From positions 24,500 through 88,499 of the forward strand of contig QHTT01000068.1 of the NCBI GenBank assembly GCA_003220935.1: DNA of 64,000 nt. The letters are read 5' to 3'. The translations under genes and the position numbers were made by a program. This stretch comes from Gemmatimonadota bacterium. GTDB lineage: Bacteria > Gemmatimonadota > Gemmatimonadetes > Gemmatimonadales > GWC2-71-9. Below the pieces are notes generated by a model. It was not told the DNA's origin. It saw nothing but the letters and a program-made list of their open reading frames with translations, and ran no database searches. The stretch's first letter is position 1, and each line of letters opens with the position of its first letter. Of this stretch, positions 42,020-50,694 are shown piece by piece.

Positions 42020-42433
42020 CTACCCGTCGTCCCGCGTGCCCCCGGCGAGCACCGGAGCATCGCCCCACAGCCGCTCGAGCTGGTAGAATTCCCGCAGCTC
42101 GGGGTGGAACACATGCACTATGAAATCCACGTAGTCGAGCAACACCCACCGCCCCTGCGCCAGCCCTTCCACATGATGCGGTGCGAGGCCACGCGGCGCC
42201 AGCGTTGTCACCAAATGCTCCGCCATCCCCCGCACGTGGGCGTCGGACGTCCCGGAAACGATTACGAAATAGTCGGTGGCGGCGCTGAGTCCCCGCAGGT
42301 CCAGTACCAGCGGGTCGACCGCCTTGCGATCGAGCAGCGCCTCGGTGACGAGTTGCAGCGCCGCCTGCGCGTGCACGACGGGCCGCTTCGCCGGACGCCC
42401 GCCTCCCCCCGCGCCCCGGCCCCTGCTAGTCAT
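42020..42433 (-). CDS. rsfS: ribosome silencing factor RsfS (iojap family)
   Basis: DYFVIVSGTSDAHVRGMAEHL.., WVLLDYVDFIVHVFHPELREFYQLERLW. Confidence 0.85.
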   Translation of the reverse strand: MTSRGRGAGGGGRPAKRPVVHAQAALQLVTEALLDRKAVDPLVLDLRGLSAATDYFVIVSGTSDAHVRGMAEHLVTTLAPRGLAPHHVEGLAQGRWVLLDYVDFIVHVFHPELREFYQLERLWGDAPVLAGGTRDDG

Positions 42434-42486
42434 AGCGCCGCGCTCGTCCGTTTGTTCCGTCCTGGCCGCGCGTCACGCCGGGCTCG

Positions 42487-42930
42487 TTACTCCTTCACCA
42501 GGCTCACCCGGATCTCGGGTCGGACATCGGGGTGGATCTTGATCCCGACCTGGAAATCGCCCAGCTCGCGAATCGGCTCGGGGAGGTCCACCTTGCGCTT
42601 GTCCACGTGGATCCCGAGCTCTTCGAGCCGGCGTTGGACGTCGCCCGCCGTGACCGAGCCGTAAAGCTTGTCCTCTTCGCCCACTTTGACTGCGAACGTG
42701 AGATGGACGTCGGCGAGCCGGGCAGCCTCGGTTTCAGCGGCGCTCTTCTCGGCGGCGCGCTGCCGGGCGATGCGCTCCGCCTCGTAGGCGATCTTTTTCT
42801 TGTTCGCCTCCGTGGCTGGGTAGGCGAGCCCCTTCGGGAGGAGATAGTTGCGGGCGTAGCCGTCCTTCACCTTGACGACGTCGCCTGCGGCTCCGAGGTG
42901 CTGCACGTTTTCCCGCAAGATGATCTCCAT
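42487..42930 (-). CDS. rplI: 50S ribosomal protein L9
   Basis: ATG 42930 gives MEIILRENVQHLGAAGDVVKVKDGYARNYLLPKGLA... 147 aa. The track ORF is over-extended. Confidence 0.95.
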   Translation of the reverse strand: MEIILRENVQHLGAAGDVVKVKDGYARNYLLPKGLAYPATEANKKKIAYEAERIARQRAAEKSAAETEAARLADVHLTFAVKVGEEDKLYGSVTAGDVQRRLEELGIHVDKRKVDLPEPIRELGDFQVGIKIHPDVRPEIRVSLVKE

Positions 42931-42950
42931 CGCGTCCTCTCGGTGACGGT

Positions 42951-43868
42951 TCAGGCCGGCGTCTTGAGACGGCGTCGGAACTCGAGCCAGGTGTCGGTGA
43001 CGCCCAGGGTCGCGAGTCCGGGCACCAGAAACAGCAGCGGCGCGATCAGCACCGCTGCCACTACGGCCCCGATGACGAGCGCAACGGGCGCGATGCCGAA
43101 CGCGGCCGAGCACGCGACCACGATCGCGACGCCGCGCACCAGATACAGTCCGCCGAGTGCGACGAGCAGGTTCAGCGCCACCAGCTTGAGCGTCGCTACC
43201 ACCGGCGTCACCCACAGGGTAAGCGATACCACTACGGCCCATACCCAGTGGTCGCCGAAGTGGAACTCGCGAAATGGGGCGAGCGGCGGGCCGAGCGGGT
43301 TCCGGGCGACGCGCCGGTGCCATTGCCAGGCGAGGGCGAGCCCGGCAAGCGTCTGGAGTGCCAGGGTCGCAGGCAGCGTGTCGCTCACGAACCGCACTAC
43401 AGGCTCGTACACCGCAAAGGTGCGCGGCTCGATCTCCACCCAAACGCGCATCGCGGCGCTCGCCTGGCGGCGCGCTTCCCAATGCAGCGCGTCCCACACG
43501 GAGCCCCCCAGCTGCACGCTCGCGAGCGCGACGGCCGCGACCCCTGCGATGAGCCCCGCCCGGATCGCCCGCCGCAGCACAGGCTCCTGGGACGGGCCGA
43601 GCAGCGCCACCGCCACGAACGCGGCGGCGACGAGCACGGTGTAAGCTCGCACGAACCCTGTCAGGAAGTCGCTAGCGGGGAGAAGCAAGAGTCCGACGCT
43701 CAACACGCCGACGCCAGTCGCCGCACCCCACTCCATGGTGGAGCGGGGCCGCGTGGCGAGCACCAACCCGGCGAGCGGCAGCCCGACCAGGCTGGGCGGT
43801 GCCCACGCCGCGAAGGCAGCGGTGCCGAGGAGCAGGCGCCAGCGCCTTCCCTCCCCACCCGGCGTCAT
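42951..43868 (-). CDS. DUF2232 (YybS-like) integral membrane protein
   Basis: Polytopic membrane protein sitting between rpsR and rplI, as yybS does upstream of rplI in Firmicutes. The family call is by context and topology only. Confidence 0.55.
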   Translation of the reverse strand: MTPGGEGRRWRLLLGTAAFAAWAPPSLVGLPLAGLVLATRPRSTMEWGAATGVGVLSVGLLLLPASDFLTGFVRAYTVLVAAAFVAVALLGPSQEPVLRRAIRAGLIAGVAAVALASVQLGGSVWDALHWEARRQASAAMRVWVEIEPRTFAVYEPVVRFVSDTLPATLALQTLAGLALAWQWHRRVARNPLGPPLAPFREFHFGDHWVWAVVVSLTLWVTPVVATLKLVALNLLVALGGLYLVRGVAIVVACSAAFGIAPVALVIGAVVAAVLIAPLLFLVPGLATLGVTDTWLEFRRRLKTPA

Positions 43869-43869
43869 G

Positions 43870-44091
43870 TCAGCCGATGTAGCCCTTGATGTACGGGAGC
43901 AGCGCGAGCTGGCGGGCGCGCTTGATCGCGGTCGCGAGCTGACGCTGGTGGCGCGCGCACATCCCCGACAACCGACTCGGCAGGATCTTGCCGCGCTCGG
44001 TGAGGAATCGGCCCAAGGTGCGATCGTCCTTGTAGTCCAGTACGCGTACCCCGGACTCGCACACGGGACACGTCTTGGCGGGCCGTCTCAT
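43870..44091 (-). CDS. rpsR: 30S ribosomal protein S18
   Basis: [54 protein letters not shown] overlap with rpsF. Confidence 0.95.
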   Translation of the reverse strand: MRRPAKTCPVCESGVRVLDYKDDRTLGRFLTERGKILPSRLSGMCARHQRQLATAIKRARQLALLPYIKGYIG

Positions 44092-44462
44092 GCTTCATCC
44101 TCCTCGAGCTCCTCCACCTCAGGTGCGATCACCGCCGCGGCGGTCGGCGCGGCCTCCGGCTTGGCCGGGAGGCCCTCGGACACGACCACCAGGTACCGCA
44201 GCACGCCCTCGTCGAGCTTCACGGCACGCTCGTACTCCGGCAACAGGTCCGCCGCGGTCTCGAACTGCGCCACGACGTAGTGGCCTGAGTCGCGCTTCTT
44301 GATCGGAAACGCCAGGGTGCGCTTCCCCCAGTGCGCGACGTTCGTGACGCTGCCCTTGCCGTCCTTGGTCAAGAGGGCGTGGAACTTATCGAGCCGTTCC
44401 GTGATCGCGGGCTCTTCCAGCGCGCTGTCGAAGATGTATACGGTCTCGTACCGACGAGCCAT
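44088..44462 (-). CDS. rpsF: 30S ribosomal protein S6
   Basis: ATG 44462 is preceded by GGAGGTGG and gives [32 protein letters not shown]... Acidic C-terminal tail. Confidence 0.9.
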   Translation of the reverse strand: MARRYETVYIFDSALEEPAITERLDKFHALLTKDGKGSVTNVAHWGKRTLAFPIKKRDSGHYVVAQFETAADLLPEYERAVKLDEGVLRYLVVVSEGLPAKPEAAPTAAAVIAPEVEELEEDEA

Positions 44463-44619
44463 GCCACCTCCCTTTGGTCTGGGGCGACCCGACACTGGTG
44501 CGGCGCCGGGTAGGGGAATTGTGGGGCGGAAACATAGGCCGGGGCTGTAGCGGGCGGTAGGGGCCCTCGTCGAGGGGCAGCGGCGCGAGGCGTGATGCGC
44601 CCAGCCCTCAAGCCCCCTT

Positions 44620-44635
44620 GGTGACTCTCCTCACA
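44620..44635. promoter_or_regulatory. CRP/FNR-type palindrome GGTGA-N6-TCACA
   Basis: ggtgaCTCTCCtcaca in the 397-bp divergent intergenic region between rpsF and the JAB-domain gene. 9 of 10 match to TGTGA-N6-TCACA. Confidence 0.45.
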
Positions 44636-44683
44636 GACGGACCCCGCCACGGCTGCCGCCCTTTTGACGCGAAATTGATGCGT

Positions 44684-44699
44684 CGTGACTACGGTCACA
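44684..44699. promoter_or_regulatory. CRP/FNR-type palindrome CGTGA-N6-TCACA
   Basis: cgtgaCTACGGtcaca, 64 bp (centre to centre) from the site at 44620, in the same intergenic region. A TTGACG hexamer lies just upstream at 44664-44669. Confidence 0.45.
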
Positions 44700-44859
44700 G
44701 GCGGCGGCGCCACGGCCAAGCATTCGTTTAGTAACGACTTGTGGCCCCCGGCGTCACAGGTCAGTGGATCCTGGCATCGGTCTTGCTTGTTATAGAGTTG
44801 CAGCGGCAGTTCACCCGGCACCAGACGTCCGGGAGCATCAATGACCGAGGGAAGGCACC

Positions 44860-45498
44860 ATGCAGGCAGTCGGACGTTCGGTTCTCACGCGCGGAGGGCG
44901 TGTCGTCGTGGCGACGGCAGGCCTGATGGTGCTGCTCGCGCTGCAGCCCGAATCGGTACGCCTGGTGGAGCCGGCCGCGGCGGGCCTGTCGCCGAGCGCG
45001 ACTGCCGTCCGCACCCTCATCATCTCTGAGCAGGCACGTCGCTACCTCGCGCTCCAGTACCGTTCGTTCCCGACCGAGTTCATGGGGTGCATGATCGGTG
45101 AAGTGCACGGCGCGACCGTGATCGTGCAGCGCGTCGCGCCAGCCGACGTCGATCCTCCGCAGTCGACCGCGACGCACGTCGTGCCCAAGCAGACGTGCGA
45201 GCAGGCCGGGTGGAAGGGCACGGTAGGAATGATCCACAGCCACCCGAGCGGCGAGCGCTGCTGGTACTTCTTCCCGGGAACTCAGGTGACGAGCTCCGAC
45301 GGGCAGTCGTTCCTGCGGCAGCCCTACCCCGTCGACGCGATCATGTGCGGCGATGAGGTGGTGTGGATCGCACGCAACATGGTGCAGAAGCAGGTGCCGC
45401 TGACCGACCAGAGCAAGCGGGCGAATGTGGCGCGGGAGCAGCAACGTGGCAACCGGGTTCACTCGGGCTCGGCCAGCCGCACGGGGGTGGACGAGTAA
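44860..45498 (+). CDS. JAB/MPN (JAMM-motif) domain protein with N-terminal signal/anchor sequence
   Basis: ATG is preceded by GAGGGAAGG. Hydrophobic N-terminus VVVATAGLMVLLAL. JAMM elements: E in GCMIGE, H-S-H in GMIHSHPSG, downstream TSSD. Confidence 0.65.
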   Translation: MQAVGRSVLTRGGRVVVATAGLMVLLALQPESVRLVEPAAAGLSPSATAVRTLIISEQARRYLALQYRSFPTEFMGCMIGEVHGATVIVQRVAPADVDPPQSTATHVVPKQTCEQAGWKGTVGMIHSHPSGERCWYFFPGTQVTSSDGQSFLRQPYPVDAIMCGDEVVWIARNMVQKQVPLTDQSKRANVAREQQRGNRVHSGSASRTGVDE

Positions 45499-45535
45499 GG
45501 CTGGCACTTCCGACGGCCAGCGTGTACCATCCATT

Positions 45536-46279
45536 GTGAAACGCCGGCCTCTGCTGCAGCGTCCGCTGTACCTGCTATCGCTCGTCTTGATCGGCTGGAC
45601 TCCCCTTCTCGTGCAGGCGCAAGCAGACTCCGCCCGTCTCGCAGGCTCGGTCCGTTCATCGATTAACGGCCTCCCGATCGCAGGCGTGATGATCGCCGTG
45701 CGGGGGACTCAGGTGTTCGACGTGAGCGATTCCGCCGGCGCGTTCGCCCTGGCGGGGTTGCCCTCCGGCCGCCAGATGATCCGCATCCTGTACCGGGACA
45801 GCGTGTGGCACGAGCAGAACATCGACCTCAAGCCCGCCAAGACGCTGAGACTTTCCGTGCTGCTCGATCTGGACGCCGTCGCGCTGGCGCCCATCGTGGT
45901 GGAGGCGCGGAGCATCCGCGCCGAGCGGAGCCTGGCCGGGTTTTACGACCGCAAGAAACGGGGGTTCGGCCGCTTTTACACGTTCCGCGACTTGGAGCGC
46001 CGCCGCGGCTGGACGCTGCGGTCGCTACTCGGCGAGGCCGGCGTGCAGATACGCTGCGGACCGGCGTACTGCCTGCCGGTAAGTTGGGGCGGAACCCGAT
46101 CCTGCATCATGTCGCTGTTCCTCAACGGGATGCGGCTGTCCCCCGACGACATGGACGTCATCCAGGTCGACGACCTAGCCGGCGTGGAGCTGTACAAACG
46201 CGGGTTCGACGTCCCGCCGGAGTTCCAGTGGGGCTTCGGTAACAACTGCGGTGCGGTGTTGATGTGGAGGCGGTCCTAG
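45536..46279 (+). CDS. CarboxypepD_reg-like domain protein with TonB-receptor plug-like C-terminus
   Basis: GTG 45536 gives a signal peptide ending ..LLVQAQA. LAGSVRSSINGLPIAGVMIAVRGT..SDSAGAFALAGLP (carboxypeptidase-regulatory-like fold). C-terminal ..VDDLAGVELYKRG is plug-like. Confidence 0.65.
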   Translation: MKRRPLLQRPLYLLSLVLIGWTPLLVQAQADSARLAGSVRSSINGLPIAGVMIAVRGTQVFDVSDSAGAFALAGLPSGRQMIRILYRDSVWHEQNIDLKPAKTLRLSVLLDLDAVALAPIVVEARSIRAERSLAGFYDRKKRGFGRFYTFRDLERRRGWTLRSLLGEAGVQIRCGPAYCLPVSWGGTRSCIMSLFLNGMRLSPDDMDVIQVDDLAGVELYKRGFDVPPEFQWGFGNNCGAVLMWRRS

Positions 46280-47379
46280 ACGTTGAAGCGGAACAGCAGG
46301 ATGTCTCCGTCTTGCACCACGTAGTCCCGCCCCTCTGAGCGCACCAAGCCCTGCTCGCGCGCCGCCTTGTAGGATCCCACCCGAATGAACTCCTCGTAGG
46401 CCACGGTCTCGGCGCGGATGAAGCCGTGCTGAAAGTCCGAGTGGATCTCTCCCGCGGCGGCGAACGCGGTCCCGCCCCGGTGCATCGTCCAGGCGCGCAC
46501 CTCGTTCTCGCCCACGGTGAAAAAAGTCTGCAGTCCGAGCAGGTGATATCCGGCATGGATTAAGCGGTCGAGCCCCGGCTCCCGGACGCCGGCACTCGCG
46601 AGGTACTCGCCCCGCTCCTCGCCCGCGAGCTCCGCGAGCTCGGCCTCGAACTTGGCGGAGAACGGAACGATCTCCGCCTCTTCGTGGTGCGACTGCACTG
46701 CGGCGCGCAGCCGGTCGAGCCATTTTCCGCCGCCCGCCGCGAGATCGTCCTCGTTGACGTTGGCGGCGTAGAGAATCGGCTTCGCGGTGAGCAACCCGAG
46801 CTGGCGCAGGAACCGAATGGCGTCGTCGGTTTCGCCGGCCTCGCGGGCCCCACGGCCCGCGTTGAGCTCCGCCAGCACGCGCTCCAGTACCACGACTTCG
46901 AGCTGCGCCTCCTTGTCGCCGGCGCGGGCGGTCTTGCGCGTCTTCTCGAGCCGCCGCTCGACGACGCCCAAGTCGGCGAGCGCGAGCTCGCTCGTGATCA
47001 CGTCGTGGTCGCGCACCGGGTCCACAGGCCCCATCACATGCACGACGTCTGGGTCCTCGAAACAGCGGATCACGTTCACGATCGCGTCGACTTCGCGAAT
47101 GTGGGACAGGAATTGATTTCCCAGCCCTTCGCCCTGCGAGGCGCCCCGCACCAGCCCGGCGATGTCGACGAACTCAACGACCGCAGGGACCTTTCGCTTC
47201 GGCCGAACGAGCTCGAACAGGCGTGCGAGGCGCGGATCGGGCACCTCCACCACGCCAACGTTGGGCTCCACCGTGCAGAATGGGTAGTTTTCCGCCGCCG
47301 CGGCCTTAGAGGAGGTGAGGGCGTTGAACAGCGTCGACTTGCCGACATTGGGGAGACCGACGATGCCGAGGCGCAGCAC
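46276..47379 (-). CDS. ychF: redox-regulated ribosome-binding ATPase YchF
   Basis: MLRLGIVGLPNVGKSTLFNALT.., ..VDIAGLVRGASQGEGLGNQFL, C-terminal TGS-like domain ..DGDILLFRFNV. Confidence 0.95.
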   Translation of the reverse strand: MLRLGIVGLPNVGKSTLFNALTSSKAAAAENYPFCTVEPNVGVVEVPDPRLARLFELVRPKRKVPAVVEFVDIAGLVRGASQGEGLGNQFLSHIREVDAIVNVIRCFEDPDVVHVMGPVDPVRDHDVITSELALADLGVVERRLEKTRKTARAGDKEAQLEVVVLERVLAELNAGRGAREAGETDDAIRFLRQLGLLTAKPILYAANVNEDDLAAGGGKWLDRLRAAVQSHHEEAEIVPFSAKFEAELAELAGEERGEYLASAGVREPGLDRLIHAGYHLLGLQTFFTVGENEVRAWTMHRGGTAFAAAGEIHSDFQHGFIRAETVAYEEFIRVGSYKAAREQGLVRSEGRDYVVQDGDILLFRFNV

Positions 47380-47922
47380 TCACTTGATCCCTTCCCGCAC
47401 CCACTTGATCACCGCATCCACCATCTGAGGCATGAGCGTCTCGACTTGCTGGACTTGCTCAGGCGTGAACGGCGCGAGCACGTATTCCGACCAGTCGCCG
47501 GCGCCCTCGGGGAGCGGTCCCACGCCGATCCGGAGCCGGGCGTACGCTTGCGACTGCAGCGCGGCCTCGATGCTCTTCAAGCCGTTGTGGCCACCCGACG
47601 AGCCGTCAGGGCGGAGCCGGAACGTGCCGCACGGAATCTGAAAATCGTCCACGAGGACCAGCAAATCGGTGCTCGGGTTGAAGGCGGGGTCGGCGCGGAG
47701 CGACGCCAGCGCCGCGCCGCTGCGGTTCATGGAGGTGGTGGGCTTGAGCACCCGGACGGGCACGCTGTCCACTGACGCTTCGGCGACCCGCGCGCGCTCG
47801 CCGCGCCGGAAGGGGGGAAACCCCCAGTGGGCGACGAGCGCATCGGCCAGCCAGAAGCCGGCATTGTGGCGCGTCGCGGCGTACTCCGGACCGGGGTTGC
47901 CGAGGCCGACGACGGCGCGCAG
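47380..47922 (-). CDS. pth: peptidyl-tRNA hydrolase (N-terminus lies upstream of the track ORF; only a CTG is available as start)
   Basis: Track ORF 47380..47772 lacks the catalytic N-terminus. The same frame continues upstream as LRAVVGLGNPGPEYAATRHNAGFWLADAL.. up to the rplY TGA stop at 47926-47928. Confidence 0.8.
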   Translation of the reverse strand: MRAVVGLGNPGPEYAATRHNAGFWLADALVAHWGFPPFRRGERARVAEASVDSVPVRVLKPTTSMNRSGAALASLRADPAFNPSTDLLVLVDDFQIPCGTFRLRPDGSSGGHNGLKSIEAALQSQAYARLRIGVGPLPEGAGDWSEYVLAPFTPEQVQQVETLMPQMVDAVIKWVREGIK

Positions 47923-47925
47923 GAA

Positions 47926-48699
47926 TCAGCTCTCTTTGCCGCCCTTGGGCTTCTCGGCCTTCTCCGGTTTCTCCGGCTTCTCGCCCTTGGCCGGGGCGGC
48001 AGGGGCACCCTTCGCCTCCGGTTTCGCGGCGCCCTCGGCGGCGGCCTCGCCCTCCTCCTCCTCGCCCTCACGCACCTTGCGGATCAGCTCGGGCTCGGCG
48101 ACTTCGGTCGCGGCCTCAGGCGCGGGAGCCGTCACCTCTTCAGCCCGCGGCGGCACCACCGTGGCGATCGTAAGATCCGCGAGGGTGAGGATCGTCGCGT
48201 TCGGGATGTTCAGCTCCCGCACGTGCAGGGAGTCGCCGATCTTGAGGGCCGTGACGTCGAGCTCCACGCGGTCGGGGATGTTCTCCGGCATCACCTCGAT
48301 CTCGACCTCGCGCGTCACCTGGTCGAGCACGCCGCCGGCGTTGCGCACACCGTCGGGGTTCCCGACCAGGTGCACGGGCACCTTGAGCTTGACCTTCTCC
48401 TCGGCGTGGATCTCGTAGAAATCCACATGGATGATGTCGGGCCGGATGGGGTGGCGCTGGATCTCGCGAATCAGCGTCCTGGTCTTCTTGCCGTCCACCG
48501 AGAGCTCGATAATCGTGCTCGCGGGCTCCACCCCCGTGAGCGCCTTCTCGAGCGCCTTCGCCTCCACTTCGAGCGGCTGGGTCTCACGTCCGTGCCCGTA
48601 GATCACGGCGGGGACTTTTCCGTGGAAGCGCGCCTGCCGCGCAGCGCCCTTGCCGGTCGTGGTGCGCGGGTTCGCCGCGAGGGAAACGATCTGTGCCAT
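47926..48699 (-). CDS. rplY: 50S ribosomal protein L25 / general stress protein Ctc (long form with Lys/Glu/Pro/Ala-rich tail)
   Basis: ATG 48699 gives MAQIVSLAANPRTTTGKGAARQARFHGKVPAVIYGHG.., ..IREIQRHPIRPDIIHVDFYE.. The track ORF is over-extended. Confidence 0.9.
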   Translation of the reverse strand: MAQIVSLAANPRTTTGKGAARQARFHGKVPAVIYGHGRETQPLEVEAKALEKALTGVEPASTIIELSVDGKKTRTLIREIQRHPIRPDIIHVDFYEIHAEEKVKLKVPVHLVGNPDGVRNAGGVLDQVTREVEIEVMPENIPDRVELDVTALKIGDSLHVRELNIPNATILTLADLTIATVVPPRAEEVTAPAPEAATEVAEPELIRKVREGEEEEGEAAAEGAAKPEAKGAPAAPAKGEKPEKPEKAEKPKGGKES

Positions 48700-48707
48700 A
48701 GTGTCAG

Positions 48708-49697
48708 TTACACGTCGTAGGTTGCAGGTTGCCCGATGGGCTCCGGATCGAACAGGGAGCTCACCGATTGATTCGAGTGTTCGTAGCCGATGGCCTTGGC
48801 GATCAGTCCCGCGATCGACAGCACCTTCAGCTTCTCGAAGCACCGCTCTTCGGGAATCCGGATCGTATTCGTCACTACGACCTCGTCGATCGCCGACGCG
48901 CGCAGCCGCTCCACCGCGGGCCCCGAGAGAAGCGGGTGAGTTGCGAACGCGTAGATCTTGCGGGCGCCCAGGCGCTGCAGCGCCGCCGCCGCCTCGGTGA
49001 TCGTTCCCGCCGTGTCGATCATGTCGTCGGGGATGAGGCAGTCCATGTCCGCGACGTCGCCCACCACGTTCACGACCTCAGCGACGTTCGCCGAGGGACG
49101 CCGCTTGTCGATGATCGCCAGGGACGCGTTGAGCCGCTTCGCGAACCCACGCGCCATCTTGGCCGACCCGACGTCGGGCGCCACGACCACGGGATCGTGC
49201 AGCTGCTTCTGGCGGAAGTAGCTCACGAAGACGGGGGCCGCGTAGAGGTGATCCACCGGAATGTCGAAGAACCCCTGCAGCTGGTGGGAATGAAAGTCCA
49301 TTCCCAGCACCCGGTCCGCTCCCGCGTGCGTGATCATGTTCGCCATGAGCTTGGCGCTGATGGCGACGCGCGGCTGGTCCTTCCGGTCCTGGCGCGCGTA
49401 CCCGAAGTACGGCAGCACCGCGGTCGTGCGTGCCGCGCTCGCCCGGCGGGCCGCGTCGATCAGGAACAGCAGCTCGATCCAGTTCTCCGCCGGCGGGTTG
49501 GTCGGCTGGATGATGAAGACGTCCCGGCCGCGGACGTTCTCATCGATCTTGACGAAGATCTCCCCGTCGGCGAAGCGGCGGATCGTCACCGCGCACAACG
49601 GCTGCCCCAAGGTCTGAGCCATCTCCTCGGCGAGCGGCCGGTTGGCCGTCCCGGCGAGGAGCAACAGCTGGCTCCGCGACAGCGTGAGGTCCGCCAT
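48708..49697 (-). CDS. prs: ribose-phosphate pyrophosphokinase
   Basis: FADGEIFVKIDENVRGRDVFIIQPT, YFGYARQDRK, PRPP-binding loop CLIPDDMIDTAGTI. Confidence 0.95.
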   Translation of the reverse strand: MADLTLSRSQLLLLAGTANRPLAEEMAQTLGQPLCAVTIRRFADGEIFVKIDENVRGRDVFIIQPTNPPAENWIELLFLIDAARRASAARTTAVLPYFGYARQDRKDQPRVAISAKLMANMITHAGADRVLGMDFHSHQLQGFFDIPVDHLYAAPVFVSYFRQKQLHDPVVVAPDVGSAKMARGFAKRLNASLAIIDKRRPSANVAEVVNVVGDVADMDCLIPDDMIDTAGTITEAAAALQRLGARKIYAFATHPLLSGPAVERLRASAIDEVVVTNTIRIPEERCFEKLKVLSIAGLIAKAIGYEHSNQSVSSLFDPEPIGQPATYDV

Positions 49698-49749
49698 GTG
49701 AGCCCCGCAAAATAGACGGCAAACTGCTGGAAGCCAAGGGGTTGGGGCG

Positions 49750-50694
49750 CTATTTCTTGGTCGCGGCCGGGGGCGCGGGGGCGAGCGAGCGGCTCGCGGG
49801 CGTGAGCCCGTCCACGTCCCACGCGTTCATGCGGTACAGCGCGCCCGCCTCGCCGCCCCCAGCCACGCCACTGGTGCGCCGGACCCAGAACGCCCCGGGG
49901 ATGGAGTCGAAGACGAGCACTACCAGGGTCGTACCTCGGGCGCTGCGGACGCTCAGGCGCCGCGCCGGACGCAGCGCCCGCGCGGAGTCGGCCTGTGCAG
50001 GCGAGGCGAAGCCCGCGGCGGTCACGGTACGGTACTTCTCGAGCAGCCGGGCGACCGCGCCCGAGTCCGCCGGAGCGCCCTGCAGCTTCCAGGTCTTGCC
50101 GGCGCGCTGCAGCGTGTAGCGGTCCTTCCCGCGCTCGACCGCGATCAACGCGACGCTGTCCGGCTCGATCGCGGCGATGCGCTTGTCACGCCAGTCGTCC
50201 ACCGCGCGATCTGCCAGCGACGCCAGCCGGCCGCGCCACAGGTACACGTGGCGGTCGCCGGGCCGGCGCACGTACGCGCTCGCGTACTCCGAGCCCCGGG
50301 CTCCGACGATCAGCCCGAGGAGCGGTCTGCCGCCGTGCCTGACGCGGACCCACCGCCCGGTCGCGCTGTCGACGTTGAGCCGGCCGAACGACGACGAATC
50401 CTGGGCCACCAGCTCCGGCGCCCCGCTGTCGCGCAGGGCCAGGAAGAAATCGTTTACGGCGTCGGGCGCGGCGCGGCGGCCGTTCGCCGTCCAGCCGGTC
50501 GCAGACTTGGCGACGACGATTGAATCCGTTCCTTTGACGACGCTGATCGTGTCCACGTCGCTCTGCGCGAGCGCGGGAAAGCTGAGACCGCCGGTGACCG
50601 TGTCCGAGCCTCGAGAGAAGAGCTCGGAGCCGCCCCAGAGGAGCAGCACCACAACCAGGGCGAGGGCGATCACCTTCAGCTGTTTCGCGCTCAT
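49750..50694 (-). CDS. DUF4340 domain-containing protein
   Basis: ATG 50694 gives a signal anchor (MSAKQLKVIALALVVVLLLW). It sits downstream of a GldG-like gene, the usual DUF4340 context. ATGA overlap. Confidence 0.6.
   Translation of the reverse strand: MSAKQLKVIALALVVVLLLWGGSELFSRGSDTVTGGLSFPALAQSDVDTISVVKGTDSIVVAKSATGWTANGRRAAPDAVNDFFLALRDSGAPELVAQDSSSFGRLNVDSATGRWVRVRHGGRPLLGLIVGARGSEYASAYVRRPGDRHVYLWRGRLASLADRAVDDWRDKRIAAIEPDSVALIAVERGKDRYTLQRAGKTWKLQGAPADSGAVARLLEKYRTVTAAGFASPAQADSARALRPARRLSVRSARGTTLVVLVFDSIPGAFWVRRTSGVAGGGEAGALYRMNAWDVDGLTPASRSLAPAPPAATKK

Noticed and set aside
44369-44821. 150-aa minus-strand ORF inside the rpsF/JAB intergenic region
   Set aside because: It overlaps the rpsF 5' end and has no coding-like composition or motifs. 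The region is better explained as regulatory DNA plus the rpsF leader.
47926-47928. TGA between rplY and pth as a selenocysteine codon
   Set aside because: No SECIS-like hairpin is evident immediately downstream, there are no sel genes in the window, and there is no functional rationale for Sec in a linker.
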